A stretch of DNA of 60,257 nt from a virus (IMGVR_UViG_3300036715_004341:1-60257); one strand, 5' to 3'. Positions 30,078 through 39,953 are shown, counted from the first letter of the stretch. Numbers and translations are program-made. The notes: generated by a model not told the origin, from the sequence alone.

Positions 30078-30992
30078 ATGCCCGAGCCCCAGGACCAAGG
30101 CATCTGGCGGAGGCCCGCGATGGCACGGACGGCAGTGGACTGGGACCCGCCCGCCCCGAGCCCCGCCCTCCTCGGGACCGCCCGTGCCCGGCAAGCCGTC
30201 CTGGACGTGGGGGCCGCGGCCCGACGTACTCTTCCGCAAATCATGGCCGACGAGGGTGCCAGGGTCTTCGCGGCCCTGGACCGTATCGCCGCCGAGGGCT
30301 GGGATGTCCCGGAGCCGCCTCCCGTGTACCGCCGGCCCGTCCCCGGCCGGCCCTTCCTGGTCGCCCAAGCCGACCAGGCGGATACCCCCCCACTCCGTGG
30401 CCAGACGGGGGGCATGGTCTACTTCGACGACGCCGTCGACTGGGGCGCCGGTGACCCTACCATGCCCTCGTTTGGGGAGACGCCCGAAGACCCCCGTGCT
30501 CGCGTTCAGATGCCCCCGGCCATCGCCCGGGAGAGTGCCCCCGCCGTCTCCATGGGCGCCATGTACGCCGTCTCCGAGCCCGAGAACGTGGGCCGGAGGC
30601 CAGTGCGGGCGGAGCTGACGGGCCTACCGGCGGACGAGTCCGGGAGGCGACCCCTTCGCTTCACGGTCCGCGAGCGCCCCGGGATCGCCGCTTACAACCT
30701 CCGGGCCGTCTCGCGGCTCGAACAGCCCCCCAGGGAGGAAGACCAAGGCATCCGGGCCTGGCGGGTCGGGATCCCCGAGTTCGCTATCGTGGCGAACCCG
30801 CAGTTCCCCCTCAACGACCTCCGTGCGCGGCGCTTTGACCTACTCGATCGGGGCGGGATGGGGTCGGGGACGGTCGAGCTTCGCGGCCTGGACAGCGACT
30901 GGATCGCGCTCTTGTCGGCCCAGAAGGCGGCTCGCCAGGTCATTGACTCGGCGGTCACCGCCCTCCTCGCGAGGAGGCAGCAGGCGGTGTAG
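30078..30992 (+). CDS. hypothetical protein containing apparent major-capsid-protein-like fragments in scrambled order
   Basis: QIMADEGARVFAALDRIA; GAMYAVSEPENVGRRPVRAELT..PAD......F.V.E.PGIAAYNLRAVSRL; PEFAIVANPQFPLNDLRARRFDLLDR (similarity recalled, not searched). Confidence 0.55.
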   Translation: MPEPQDQGIWRRPAMARTAVDWDPPAPSPALLGTARARQAVLDVGAAARRTLPQIMADEGARVFAALDRIAAEGWDVPEPPPVYRRPVPGRPFLVAQADQADTPPLRGQTGGMVYFDDAVDWGAGDPTMPSFGETPEDPRARVQMPPAIARESAPAVSMGAMYAVSEPENVGRRPVRAELTGLPADESGRRPLRFTVRERPGIAAYNLRAVSRLEQPPREEDQGIRAWRVGIPEFAIVANPQFPLNDLRARRFDLLDRGGMGSGTVELRGLDSDWIALLSAQKAARQVIDSAVTALLARRQQAV

Positions 30993-31000
30993 CGCAGGGG

Positions 31001-31546
31001 ATGTACCTGAACCTCACCACCCAGATCCCTCTCTTCGTCCCCACCCTCTGCTCCCACAGCCTCGTCATCCGCACGGCGGCTCGGTTGACCCAGGGCGAGC
31101 CCCTCCTGGGCATGGGTCATCTGCGGGGTGGGGAAGACCTCCGGCTCCTCCCCCCCTCGGCGTCGAAGAAGACCTCGGACAGCATGGTCTACGAGACCTT
31201 CCTGCCCCTCTCGGGCATCCGCCGGGGAGGGTGCCTCGTGTGCTTCGGGTCCGGGTGTCGGCAGTGCCCCCCGGAGATCCGCATGGCCAGGCCCTGGAGG
31301 GTTCACACCCTGGTCCGCAAGGCCGCGGAGCTGCTCGTGCCGGTGCAGATGGAAGTCAGGGTGCAGCGGCCCGGCGGAGACGGCGTGTACCTCGCCACGG
31401 TGGTGGACGTGGGGCAGGAGGTCGACATCGCCGCCACCCTGTTCCGTCTCGACACCTTGAGCCCGCTGGCATCGGATGTGCTTCCCCTGCATCAGAGCAA
31501 GGAACCCTGCCGCCCCGATGTCTACGCCCACCTCCTCAACGACTGA
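31001..31546 (+). CDS. hypothetical protein with CxxC pair and C-terminal tag DVYAHLLND
   Basis: CLVCFGSGCRQC; ATG 8 nt after CGGTGTAG. Confidence 0.7.
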   Translation: MYLNLTTQIPLFVPTLCSHSLVIRTAARLTQGEPLLGMGHLRGGEDLRLLPPSASKKTSDSMVYETFLPLSGIRRGGCLVCFGSGCRQCPPEIRMARPWRVHTLVRKAAELLVPVQMEVRVQRPGGDGVYLATVVDVGQEVDIAATLFRLDTLSPLASDVLPLHQSKEPCRPDVYAHLLND

Positions 31547-31838
31547 GCCCCGCCTCTGCTCTTCCTGCCGGGAACCCATCCACCCGGAGCTGGTTCCCTT
31601 GAACATCGCTCACGCGGAGGCGCGGCAGGTTCACCGGGGGGCGCTCGGGGCCGTGGTGGTTGGGGTGGGCGTCACGGCCGCCTGGTTCCTTCTTGTCTCA
31701 CCCGAGGCGCCCGCGGCCCTGGTGGCCTGCCTCGGGTCCCTCGTCCTTCACGGGCTCGCGCGGGGCCTGCTCTTCCGCCGGAGTCAGCAGAAGCTCAACG
31801 AGGCCCGGCGCCGGTACGGCCTGGGGGATTTCCGCTAA
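31518..31838 (+). CDS. small membrane protein
   Basis: CSSC plus two hydrophobic helices. Confidence 0.55.
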   Translation: MSTPTSSTTEPRLCSSCREPIHPELVPLNIAHAEARQVHRGALGAVVVGVGVTAAWFLLVSPEAPAALVACLGSLVLHGLARGLLFRRSQQKLNEARRRYGLGDFR

Positions 31839-32414
31839 GGTCACGCCCGTGAAGACGTAGTCGCGCCCGACCAGCTCGGCGAGGCGGACCCGCAGGGCGG
31901 GGTTGGCGATGGGGGGCACGCCCGCCGCGGGGTCGAGGGGGAACTCCACCCCGACCCGGCGGGTAACGTCGATCTTGAGCACGTTGTTGCCGTCGGGGCG
32001 CGGCGGGAAGACCATGGTCGCCTTGACCTTGCGGGCGGCCATGAGGTAGCGGAGACCCCGTACATCCTCCGTCTCGCTCGGCCATCCCTCCTCCGAGATG
32101 GCCTCGGGGTCGGCGTCGAAGGGATAGAGGCGCCCGTCCCACCCGAGGTGGGTGAGCAGGGAGACAATCTTCGGGGCATTGGCCTCGGTCCAGGGCAGGG
32201 TCCAGGCGAGGCTCCCCACCATCTTGTCCTCGATGGCCCGCAGAAGGAACCCGACGAGGATCACCGACCCCCTCTGGGTCCACCCGAGGGCGGGCAGGAC
32301 CCGGTAGGTGCCCTGCCCCACGTCGGCGCCGCTCGTCATCGCCAGGCACAGGTCCACGGGAGAAACCGAGGCGCGGTAGCTCTTCTCCGCCGCCAGCATC
32401 GCTTTTGTCAGCAT
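31698..32414 (-). CDS. hypothetical protein (3' end uncertain)
   Basis: 238-aa ORF, protein-like over the first ~190 aa. Confidence 0.6.
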   Translation of the reverse strand: MLTKAMLAAEKSYRASVSPVDLCLAMTSGADVGQGTYRVLPALGWTQRGSVILVGFLLRAIEDKMVGSLAWTLPWTEANAPKIVSLLTHLGWDGRLYPFDADPEAISEEGWPSETEDVRGLRYLMAARKVKATMVFPPRPDGNNVLKIDVTRRVGVEFPLDPAAGVPPIANPALRVRLAELVGRDYVFTGVTLAEIPQAVPAPGLVELLLTPAEEQAPREPVKDEGPEAGHQGRGRLG

Positions 32415-32688
32415 GGCCCCCCAGCGCCTCCAGCGGACGGCCCTCTACCCCCCTATGTACGCCACCTGCCGCGAGTCCTACGTGATGCAGGTGGTCGTGC
32501 TCCTGGAGGCCCAGGGCCACCCGCGGGACGTGGCCATCCTCCCCCGCGACCTCTGCAAAGACGCCACCGGGGGCGCCTACGTGGGCCTCGACGAAGCCCT
32601 GACGGACGACTTCGCCGCCGACGTGGCCCGGGTCGTCCGAGGGCTGCCCCCTCTCCCTAGCTCCGTGGGCGGTTCGGCCGGGGGATGA
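32413..32688 (+). CDS. hypothetical protein
   Basis: ALYPPMYATCRESYVMQVVVLLE. Confidence 0.55.
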   Translation: MAPQRLQRTALYPPMYATCRESYVMQVVVLLEAQGHPRDVAILPRDLCKDATGGAYVGLDEALTDDFAADVARVVRGLPPLPSSVGGSAGG

Positions 32689-32980
32689 TGGGCTTCGAGG
32701 CCAGGATGGCGTCGAGGGCGGAGGCGGCGCTCCCCTGGGCCTTGTCCTTTACCTCGATCTTCTTCGAGGGGGGCCGCTCCTTGTCGAGTTTGTGTTCGAA
32801 CCAGGCGCCTTCCACCCACCCCCGCTGGGCCTTGGACAGCTCGATCTGGCGGCCCGTCGCCAGGGCGTCGTACATGGCCTGGAAGGTCTTGCGGGTCCAG
32901 GCCGTGAGCTTGCCGGGTTCGAGGCTGAGGAGGGCGCGGAGCATCTGGAGACCGGTCGGTTTCATGGCCCCCTTAGACAC
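32657..32980 (-). CDS. hypothetical protein
   Basis: LTAWTRKTFQAMYD.L......LSKAQRGWV. Confidence 0.65.
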   Translation of the reverse strand: MSKGAMKPTGLQMLRALLSLEPGKLTAWTRKTFQAMYDALATGRQIELSKAQRGWVEGAWFEHKLDKERPPSKKIEVKDKAQGSAASALDAILASKPIIPRPNRPRS

Positions 32981-33070
32981 CGATGAGGTCCTAAACGGTC
33001 GGGGGCAGAAGGGGCCTCCAGTCCTTCAAGAAATGCTTGCAATCCATGGGGGTGAGGCAGTCCCGTTCCG

Positions 33071-33328
33071 TCATGGGGGAGATTCGGGCATCACCAGGAC
33101 CACGACGCGCGCGATGCCGGCCAGCCCGATGCCCACGACCAGGGCGGCCGTCGGGCTACCCGCGACGAACGTGAACGTGAGGGCCGAGACCGCGGTTCGT
33201 TCCGCGGTCCACCTGCCCTTGCCGTACGTGAGGAAGAGGGCGTCGAGGGGGAGGGGCCCCTCGTCCCGGTCGTCGACCCAGGTCCCTCCGTCGTTCCTGG
33301 ACATGAGCTGGTAGGTCGGCGGGGTCAT
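33071..33328 (-). CDS. hypothetical protein
   Basis: MTPPTYQLMSR..., ATGA coupling. Confidence 0.5.
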   Translation of the reverse strand: MTPPTYQLMSRNDGGTWVDDRDEGPLPLDALFLTYGKGRWTAERTAVSALTFTFVAGSPTAALVVGIGLAGIARVVVLVMPESPP

Positions 33329-33576
33329 GGGGTCTCCAGGATGATCGTGTACGCGCTCGGCTCGACGTGACGGGCCTTGTGCGAGAAGGTCCACTCCTCG
33401 GCCCATTCCTGGCGCGTCAGGGTGAGGTTGTCGAGGCTCCGGCGGATCAGGTGAACCCGGGCCCCCTCGACGGCCACGACCCGCCCCCGCCGGGTGACCT
33501 CCCGGGAGACCCTGAAGATGTCCTCGGGGTCATCCCGGTGCCGGTCGATTTACTCGGGGGAGTAGCGGACCCTCAC
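33325..33576 (-). CDS. hypothetical protein with in-frame TAA at 33550-33552; C-terminal tag SAYTIILETP
   Basis: VRVRYSPE*IDRHRDDPEDIFRVSREV...HVEPSAYTIILETP*; not in the ORF track. Confidence 0.55.
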
Positions 33577-33718
33577 AGGGCCTCGCGGCACGCCTTCTTC
33601 CACGCCTGCCGAACCGCCGCCTTCTCGGCTGCGTTGCACCCCCGGCGGCTGCCCCGTCCGTGACGGATGACGACCCGCTTTGCCCACGGGCACTGCCCCT
33701 GCGCCTTCGTTCCGTTCT

Positions 33719-34015
33719 TCATGATGCCTTCTCCTGTGCAAACTGGGCCTTGGCCGCATCGACCAGGGCGCGCTTCTGGAGTCCCTTGCGGGCGAAGTGC
33801 TCCGCCATCTCGACCTCCCCCGCCGCCCGGTACTCCCGGTAGACGCGCCGTAGCACGGCCAAGTGGCGCTCCCCCCGAGCGATGTCCACCTCCAGCGTCG
33901 CCTTGCCCCGGCAGAGGTAGCAGACCCCCCTGTCGGGGACCCAGGCGATGCTCCCACCCTTCCCCGCGCAGCGAGGGCAATCCATCGTCACCACCGGGCC
34001 GTTCTTGCGTTCCAT
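33719..34015 (-). CDS. Zn-finger protein
   Basis: CPRCAGKG...GVCYLCRG. Confidence 0.7.
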   Translation of the reverse strand: MERKNGPVVTMDCPRCAGKGGSIAWVPDRGVCYLCRGKATLEVDIARGERHLAVLRRVYREYRAAGEVEMAEHFARKGLQKRALVDAAKAQFAQEKAS

Positions 34016-34065
34016 GGGGCTACGACGCAGGGCCCCCCTCCGGAATCAAAACCGGCCCGTCGATT

Positions 34066-34362
34066 TCACCCTTCCCGCCAGGGCAAGGCCGCCCACTCCC
34101 CTTCCGTCTCCGGAATCTGGTTCCGCACCTCGTTCGGAAGGCTGACCTTGGACGGCACGTCCGTGAGGACCCGGCACTGCGGGCACCGGAAGGTGCTGTA
34201 GACGTAGCGCCCCCCGCCGTGGTCGTCGTTGTGCGTCTTGAAGAGGTCGGTGGCCTCGACCCGCAGGAGAGCCCCGCAGCCCCCCATGTTGTTGCCGCTG
34301 CCTGTGCAGGTCGCCTCGAACGCCCAGCCCGTCTGTCCGTTGCCCGGTTTCAGTACCTTCCT
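34066..34362 (-). CDS. Zn-binding phage protein (start codon apparently damaged)
   Basis: KVLKPGNGQTGWAFEATCTGSGNNMGGCGALL...FRCPQC; GGTGTAC motif just upstream. Confidence 0.6.
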   Translation of the reverse strand, partial: RKVLKPGNGQTGWAFEATCTGSGNNMGGCGALLRVEATDLFKTHNDDHGGGRYVYSTFRCPQCRVLTDVPSKVSLPNEVRNQIPETEGEWAALPWREG

Positions 34363-34670
34363 TGCTCGTCCGTACACCGATCGTCCGGGTTGAAGGGCCG
34401 CGCGAAGGTCGCGGACCACTGCTCTTCGTCCGCCCGGTTGGCGTCCATGGCCTTCTGGGTCGTCGGCCGCACCCACGTCCCACGCTTCACGCGCGTCACG
34501 CTCCCGCTGTAGCTGACGCCATAGACGAACACCTCGACGTCCAGCTTGAGGAACTTGGACGCGTTGTCGCTGACCCGAAGATAGGCGGTGCTGCCGGTGC
34601 GCTTCGTGAAGAAGCCCCCCTGCGGGATGGTCTCGACGGGGATCATTCCGGGGTTCTGCGGTTTGTCCAT
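34350..34670 (-). CDS. hypothetical protein
   Basis: ATG 10 nt after CGGTGTAG. Confidence 0.65.
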   Translation of the reverse strand: MDKPQNPGMIPVETIPQGGFFTKRTGSTAYLRVSDNASKFLKLDVEVFVYGVSYSGSVTRVKRGTWVRPTTQKAMDANRADEEQWSATFARPFNPDDRCTDEQGRY

Positions 34671-34680
34671 GGCCCCGCGT

Positions 34681-34718
34681 CTACACCGGGAGTGGTCGCC
34701 CCTCTCCCTTTGGTGTAG
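34681..34718. promoter_or_regulatory. back-to-back GGTGTAG motifs between divergent genes
   Basis: ctacaccg (34681-34688) lies 10 nt before ATG 34670 (-); tggtgtag (34711-34718) lies 9 nt before GTG 34728 (+). Confidence 0.65.
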
Positions 34719-34727
34719 ACGTCCCCG

Positions 34728-35417
34728 GTGGACGATAGCCCCGAAGACTTCCTCCGTGCCCTCACCGGGGGCGAAGCCCCTGCCCCGGCCATCAATGACG
34801 GCCGACCCCTCGTCTACTCGGCTTGCGTGGGCTCGAACGCCGACCAGTTCCCCGGCATCCTGGACCTGTACGTCCCCGAAGGAGCCCGGGTAGCCGACGT
34901 CACCTACGGCCGTGGGGTCTTCTGGCGCAACGTCCCAGCAGGACGGATCACCCTCCTCGCGACGGACCTCCAGACCGGGACGGACTTCCGCAGCCTCCCC
35001 TACGAAGATGGCAGCATCGACGCCCTGGTCCTCGACCCCCCCTACATGCACACGCCTGGGGGGACGGCCCACCGGGGCCACCAGAGCTACGAGGCCGCGT
35101 ACCAGAACAATGCCACCACGGCCCCCGAGGGGACGAAGTACCACGAGGCCGTCCTCGCCCTGTATCTCCAGGGGATCGCGGAGGCTCACCGGGTCCTCCG
35201 TACGAAGGGGGTCCTCATCCTCAAGGGCCAGGACGAGGTCTGCGCCGGCAAGCAGCGCCTCACCCACGTCGAGCTGATTTCCGGGACTTCCGATCGCTTC
35301 GTCGTCGAGGACTACTTCATCACCGTGAGCGTCAACCGCCCGGGGGTGTCCCGGATGGTTCGTCAGCTACACGCGCGCAAAAACCATAGCTGGTGGCTCG
35401 TGCTCCGACGAAGGTGA
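34728..35417 (+). CDS. DNA amino-methyltransferase (N6A/N4C)
   Basis: ADVTYGRGVFW (motif I), DFRSLPY.DGSID.LVLDPPY (motif IV), EAHRVLRTKGVLILKGQD. Confidence 0.85.
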   Translation: MDDSPEDFLRALTGGEAPAPAINDGRPLVYSACVGSNADQFPGILDLYVPEGARVADVTYGRGVFWRNVPAGRITLLATDLQTGTDFRSLPYEDGSIDALVLDPPYMHTPGGTAHRGHQSYEAAYQNNATTAPEGTKYHEAVLALYLQGIAEAHRVLRTKGVLILKGQDEVCAGKQRLTHVELISGTSDRFVVEDYFITVSVNRPGVSRMVRQLHARKNHSWWLVLRRR

Positions 35418-35805
35418 CCTGGGACATCAGCCGGCTCACGATCGCCGACGAGATGCGGTCCCCGATGATGCCCGCGATCGAGAGCGTGAGCGTGTCCCCG
35501 GGGGACAGGCAGGTGAGTGCCAGGACATGCAAGTAGAAGGGCTTGTAGCCGCAGCGATCGATGTAGACCATCGAACCCGATGATCGTGATGTTCTCTTTC
35601 ACGGCAAAGATCATCTCGTTTGGGCGGTCCAGGTGATGCAGGTAGCGGTAGGGGAGTAGCTCCCGAGGGGTGGGGGGGGGGGTCGAGGACGCGGAGGAAG
35701 GAGACGTAGGCGGAGCCGATGGGGGCGACGGCCGGCCGCGTCTCGGGGGTCACCGTCTGGCCCAGGGCTTCCCAGGCTTCCGTGAGGTCGTCCATGGCGC
35801 TCCTG

Positions 35806-35829
35806 GTACACCGTGGGGAGGCGGTGTAC
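35806..35829. promoter_or_regulatory. inverted pair of GGTGTAC motifs between divergent genes
   Basis: gtacaccg-tggggagg-cggtgtac; the minus copy lies 10 nt before ATG 35795. Confidence 0.55.
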
Positions 35830-35899
35830 GGGAGGGGGCGGTCAGGACACGCCGCCCCGATTTCCGGGGACGTCCATCACCCTGACCCCCTGGTAGCCC

Positions 35900-37053
35900 A
35901 TGACCGATTCCACGCAGATGCTCCTCGCCGCGTTCCAGCACAAGGCTCAGGCCGAGGCCCGGGCCATGACCGTGACCATCGAGCACGCCTTTGATCTCGC
36001 CACGGACTTCATCCAGGGCCAGGCCGAGCACAAGGCCCTCGCTGCGGTCCTCACGGCGCTCGGCCAGCCGATTCCTGAGCCCCCTCCCGAGGTCGCAGCC
36101 AAGGTCGCGGAGCTTCGCACTTCCCTCTACCTCTTGCTCGACCTCCTGCCCCCCGAGACCACGTCGAGTCTGCCCCCGGCCCCGGTCCCTGCGCCTTGCC
36201 CCCTCCCGGCCCCCACGGTCCTCCCGCCCCCGCCCCCGGCTACGGAACCCGTGGTCGAGTCCGAGCCCGCGGCTCCGGCTCCCGTGAGCGGCCCGGTGCT
36301 CGCCCAGGCGCCCTCCGGGCCCTTCGAGGGGTTCGCCGAGCGCTTCCAGCGGGCGGTCCGGGAGATTTCCGAGCTGGACACGACGATTGCCCACATGCAC
36401 GACACCCGCCGCGCGCCCTGGGCCCAGGCCATCCTGGCCGACCTCCGGCAGATCCTCGTCGAGTTGCCCCCGGGTGACCCCCTCCGGGAGCAGTGCCACA
36501 CGATGGTCCGCAGGGTCGGGGGGATCGTGAAGACCAACGGGTGCACCTTCTCGCTCCGGGGTCTCGCCCATGCCCACGACGACAACTGGATCACCCTCGG
36601 GGCCACCTGCCGGCGCCGGGTCCAGGTCTTCGACACGGACTCGGAGGTCACGCCCGGCCAGCGGGAAGATGTCGAGGACGCGGCCCCCCGCGCCGTCCCC
36701 CTCTTGCCGAAGCTCCGGCAGTGCTCCGGAAAGATCCTGCTCGTCGGCAACGTCCCCATCGAGGACAAGGTCGCGTTGCTGGTCAAGCGGTACGGGGTCG
36801 ATGCCGAGTGGGCGGCCCTCACGTCCGCCAATGGCAAATGCGAGTCGGTGGCTCGCCGGATCGCCGGAGGCGGTATCCGGGCCGTGCTCATCTGCGAGGG
36901 CTTCCTCGATCATGGGGTCACGACGATCCTGACCCGGGAGTGCAGCGTCAACGGCGTCCCCTGGCGCTACATCGGCCGCGGGGGCATCGGGCGCATGGGT
37001 CGGGCCCTCGAAGAGATCGAGGAGCACCTGGCGGCCTTACCGGCGCGGTGTAG
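35900..37053 (+). CDS. protein with C-terminal DUF2325-like domain (end approximate)
   Basis: KILLVG...AVLICEGFLDH......ECSVNGVPWRYIGRGGIGRM.RAL. Confidence 0.65.
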
Positions 37054-37076
37054 CGTGGGGGCAGGAGCCCACCCCC

Positions 37077-38348
37077 ATGCGCTACGCCCTCCTGTCCGCC
37101 GCCCTGCTCTTCACGTCCGCTGTCGCCCTCCCCGCCCGGGGAGAGCCCCTCTTCCACACGGACGTGGACGACCAGGCCAACCTCTTCGACCAGGGCGCGG
37201 TCGCCCGTCTCCAGCAGACCCACCCCTACCGGCTGCGGATCATGACGGAGAGGGACCCCCAGGGGGGCCCCGGGCTTCTCGAAAAGGCCAAGGACGCCGT
37301 CGACAGCCGGCAGACCGTGGTCATCGCGATCGACCCCGACCACCGCAAGACCTACGTCCGGTTCGGGTCCGACGTCGGGGCTAAGGAGAAGGACTACGAC
37401 GCCATCGCCGCCAGCGGGAACTCGGCCTTCCGGGAGAAGCGCTGGGCCGACGGCGTCAACGACATCGTGGCCCGCTCCGAGGCGAGCATGAATGCGGTCA
37501 CCGCTCGCTCGACCCAGGCCCCCATCCTGGAAGTCCACGAGACCCCGACCCTCGCCTACATCGGGATGGGCCTGACCTCCCTGACGATCGCCGTCATGGG
37601 CCTCTTCTTCTGGTGGAACCGCCGCCGGGAGCGCGCCTTCCGTGACATGCTGCGGCAGGCTGGGGAGGAGGCCGACCGGAAGCGCGAGGAGGCCAACGAC
37701 CTCATGAGGCGCAACATCGAGGAGCAGGAGTGGCACGACAAGATGGCCGCTCGGGTCAAGCAGGACGAGGCCCGGCAGGCCGCGGTCGAGAAGGCCCAGG
37801 CCCGGAGGGTCGAGGACATGGTCGTCGTTGCGGCCCCGCCTTACCCCACGGACAAGGAGCTGGAGGAGCTTGCCGCCGTCGAGGAGAGCAAGCCCGCGTG
37901 GGACCGGTGGGGCGGCAAGAGGGAGATCGAGTGGCGAGGCCGCACGCCCTCGGGGGGCCGCGTCGCCCCCTCCCGCTACGTGGAGCCGTCGCGTCCCCAG
38001 ACCAACGTGGCGGTCGCCGTCGTCCCGTCGCCCTACGCGCCGATGTACGACCCCACGCCCAGTTCGCCCGCCTACACGCCGCCCCCGCCGCCCCCCTACC
38101 AGCCCCCGCCCCCCTCGTACGGAAGGTCGCGGCGCTCGTCTTCGGGGTCGTCCTCGTCCTGGGGCGGCTCGTCGTCCTCCTCGGACTCGGGCAGCGCCTT
38201 CGGCTCGTCCTCCTCGGGGTCGTCCTCGTGGGGCGGGTCCTCGTCGTCCTCTTCGGACTCCGGGGGCAGCTCCTCCTGGCCGGACTCGGGCGGGGGGTCG
38301 AGCAGCTCGGGCTCCTCCGATTCTGGCGGGGGCGGCTCGGACTGGTGA
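37077..38348 (+). CDS. secreted/membrane TPM-domain protein with Ser/Gly-rich tail
   Basis: Signal peptide, VDDQANLFD, VVIAIDPDHRK, AFREKRWADGV, TM helix, tail ending SGGGGSDW. Confidence 0.75.
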   Translation: MRYALLSAALLFTSAVALPARGEPLFHTDVDDQANLFDQGAVARLQQTHPYRLRIMTERDPQGGPGLLEKAKDAVDSRQTVVIAIDPDHRKTYVRFGSDVGAKEKDYDAIAASGNSAFREKRWADGVNDIVARSEASMNAVTARSTQAPILEVHETPTLAYIGMGLTSLTIAVMGLFFWWNRRRERAFRDMLRQAGEEADRKREEANDLMRRNIEEQEWHDKMAARVKQDEARQAAVEKAQARRVEDMVVVAAPPYPTDKELEELAAVEESKPAWDRWGGKREIEWRGRTPSGGRVAPSRYVEPSRPQTNVAVAVVPSPYAPMYDPTPSSPAYTPPPPPPYQPPPPSYGRSRRSSSGSSSSWGGSSSSSDSGSAFGSSSSGSSSWGGSSSSSSDSGGSSSWPDSGGGSSSSGSSDSGGGGSDW

Positions 38349-38365
38349 TGGTGTAGGGAATCGCC

Positions 38366-38710
38366 ATGCCCACCCCCGAACCCGACCCCGCGTCCTCGCG
38401 GTCCTCTACCTGATGCTCCTCATGCTGGGCGGGCTCGTCCTCGCCTGCGGGGTGTTCCTCGTCCGGCTCGTGCTGGGCAAGGAGGAGATCAAGACCGCGA
38501 AGGGACCTCGGCCCCCTCAGCGGTCCACCTCGGCCGAGACCACGGCCTACTACACGCCCCCGGCCCCGACGAACGGGGGGTCCAGCGACTCGCCCGCGGC
38601 GACGAGGGACTCGTCCACCGGGGGCTCCTCGTCCTACGACGCTGGGTCCTCGGGCGGGTCCTCTTCCTTCGACAGCTCCAGCGGGGGCGGATCGGCGAGC
38701 TTCGGATGTC
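38366..38710 (+). CDS. small membrane protein with Ser/Gly-rich tail (frameshifted)
   Basis: VLAVLYLMLLMLGGLVLACGVFLV...SSFDSSSGGGSASF; ATG 9 nt after TGGTGTAG. Confidence 0.5.
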
Positions 38711-39160
38711 AACCGAAAGGCTTGTGTGGGGGAGCTTCCCTGCCGCCCGCCTCGACGATCGCCTCGTGACCGCTCTCGTCAACGCCGGGCACACGGTCAA
38801 GGCCGCGGCGGGGGACGTTACCATCGGAGTCGGGGGCGTCGACTTCCTCGTGGCGCTCTCGGTGACGACCGGCTGGAAGACCCCCAACCCGGAGGGCAAG
38901 GGTAACGTCCGCCGTAGGATCGGCGAGATCCAGGGGTTCCTGCGAACGAACCGGGTCAGCTACGTCTCCCTCGTTGTCGCGGAGTTTACGACGGGAGCCA
39001 GCACCTGGAACGTGGGTCAGTGCTTCTCTCCGCCGGCTCCCGCCCCCGCCCCCACGCCCGCCCCGGCCCCTGTGCCTACGCCGTTCCCCACCCCTACCCC
39101 CGCCCCTGACCCTGTGCCGGAGAGAACCGCGCACGAACTCATCTCGGAGGAACCCGATGC
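38706..39160 (+). CDS. paralog 1 of tandem triplet; (PA/PT)n linker plus TAHELISEEP tag (end approximate)
   Basis: LVTALVNAGHTVKA, SYVSLVV. Confidence 0.6.
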
Positions 39161-39580
39161 CCCGCTTTGGCGTCCTCGCCACGCTCCCTTCCGAGGCCGA
39201 CGGGCCTCTCGTACTCGCCGCCCTGGTCAACGCCTGCTTCACCGTGGGCACGGATGGCCGTGCCCTCTACACCCGGGGCCAGGGCGCGAGCCCCGTGGTC
39301 CTCATGGCCCTCGTGTGCTTGCGGAGCGCCCTACCCACGAAGGTCCTCAACGAGACCCTTCGCCGGATCACGCAGAGCGTCACGGTCCTCTCCCTCGCCA
39401 TCCGGGACCCGGAAGGGACCTGGGCCCTCGGGGGTCCCTCCTACGGGGTGCCCAAGGACCCCATGGGCGAGCCGCCGCGGGATACACAGCGGGAGACGGG
39501 ACGGAGTGCCCGGGCCCGTGAGAAAGAGAAGGAGGAGCCCCCCCAGGTGGGCGGCGTCTACGACCAGGTGGGGAAGCTGA
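39157..39580 (+). CDS. paralog 2 of tandem triplet; GVYDQVGKL tag (end approximate)
   Basis: VLAALVNACFTV, TVLSLAI. Confidence 0.6.
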
Positions 39581-39953
39581 CGCGAGCAACAGCAACAACG
39601 TCATCGTCACGGTCACGCTCCTTTCGGACGAGGCGGTCAGCACCCTCATCCGCCTGCTGGTCGAGTCGGCCTACACGGTCAAGGCGGGCTTCGGGTACAA
39701 CACCATCCTCGCGGGCCCGGTCGGGGACTGGTGCGGCCGGGTGGTCTGCCTCCGGGTGGAGAAGGAGGGCAGCCGGGGCATGGCCGACGAGTTCAAGGCG
39801 GACTTCGTGAAGGCAACCGAGCGGATCAACTACCTCTCGGCCGTCATCATCGGCTACAACGCGAGCGTCGCCGTCCTGTGCCCTCACCTGGTCGACGGAA
39901 AGGAGAAGGCCCCGGGGTCCGTCTACGACGCCGTGAACGACGAAGAGAAGTAG
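39580..39953 (+). CDS. paralog 3 of tandem triplet; SVYDAVNDEEK tag (start damaged)
   Basis: LIRLLVESAYTVKAG, NYLSAVI. Confidence 0.6.

Noticed and set aside
38136-38345. TCG/TCC-rich repeat as a non-coding element
   Set aside because: It is explained by the Ser/Gly-rich coding tail of the TPM protein.
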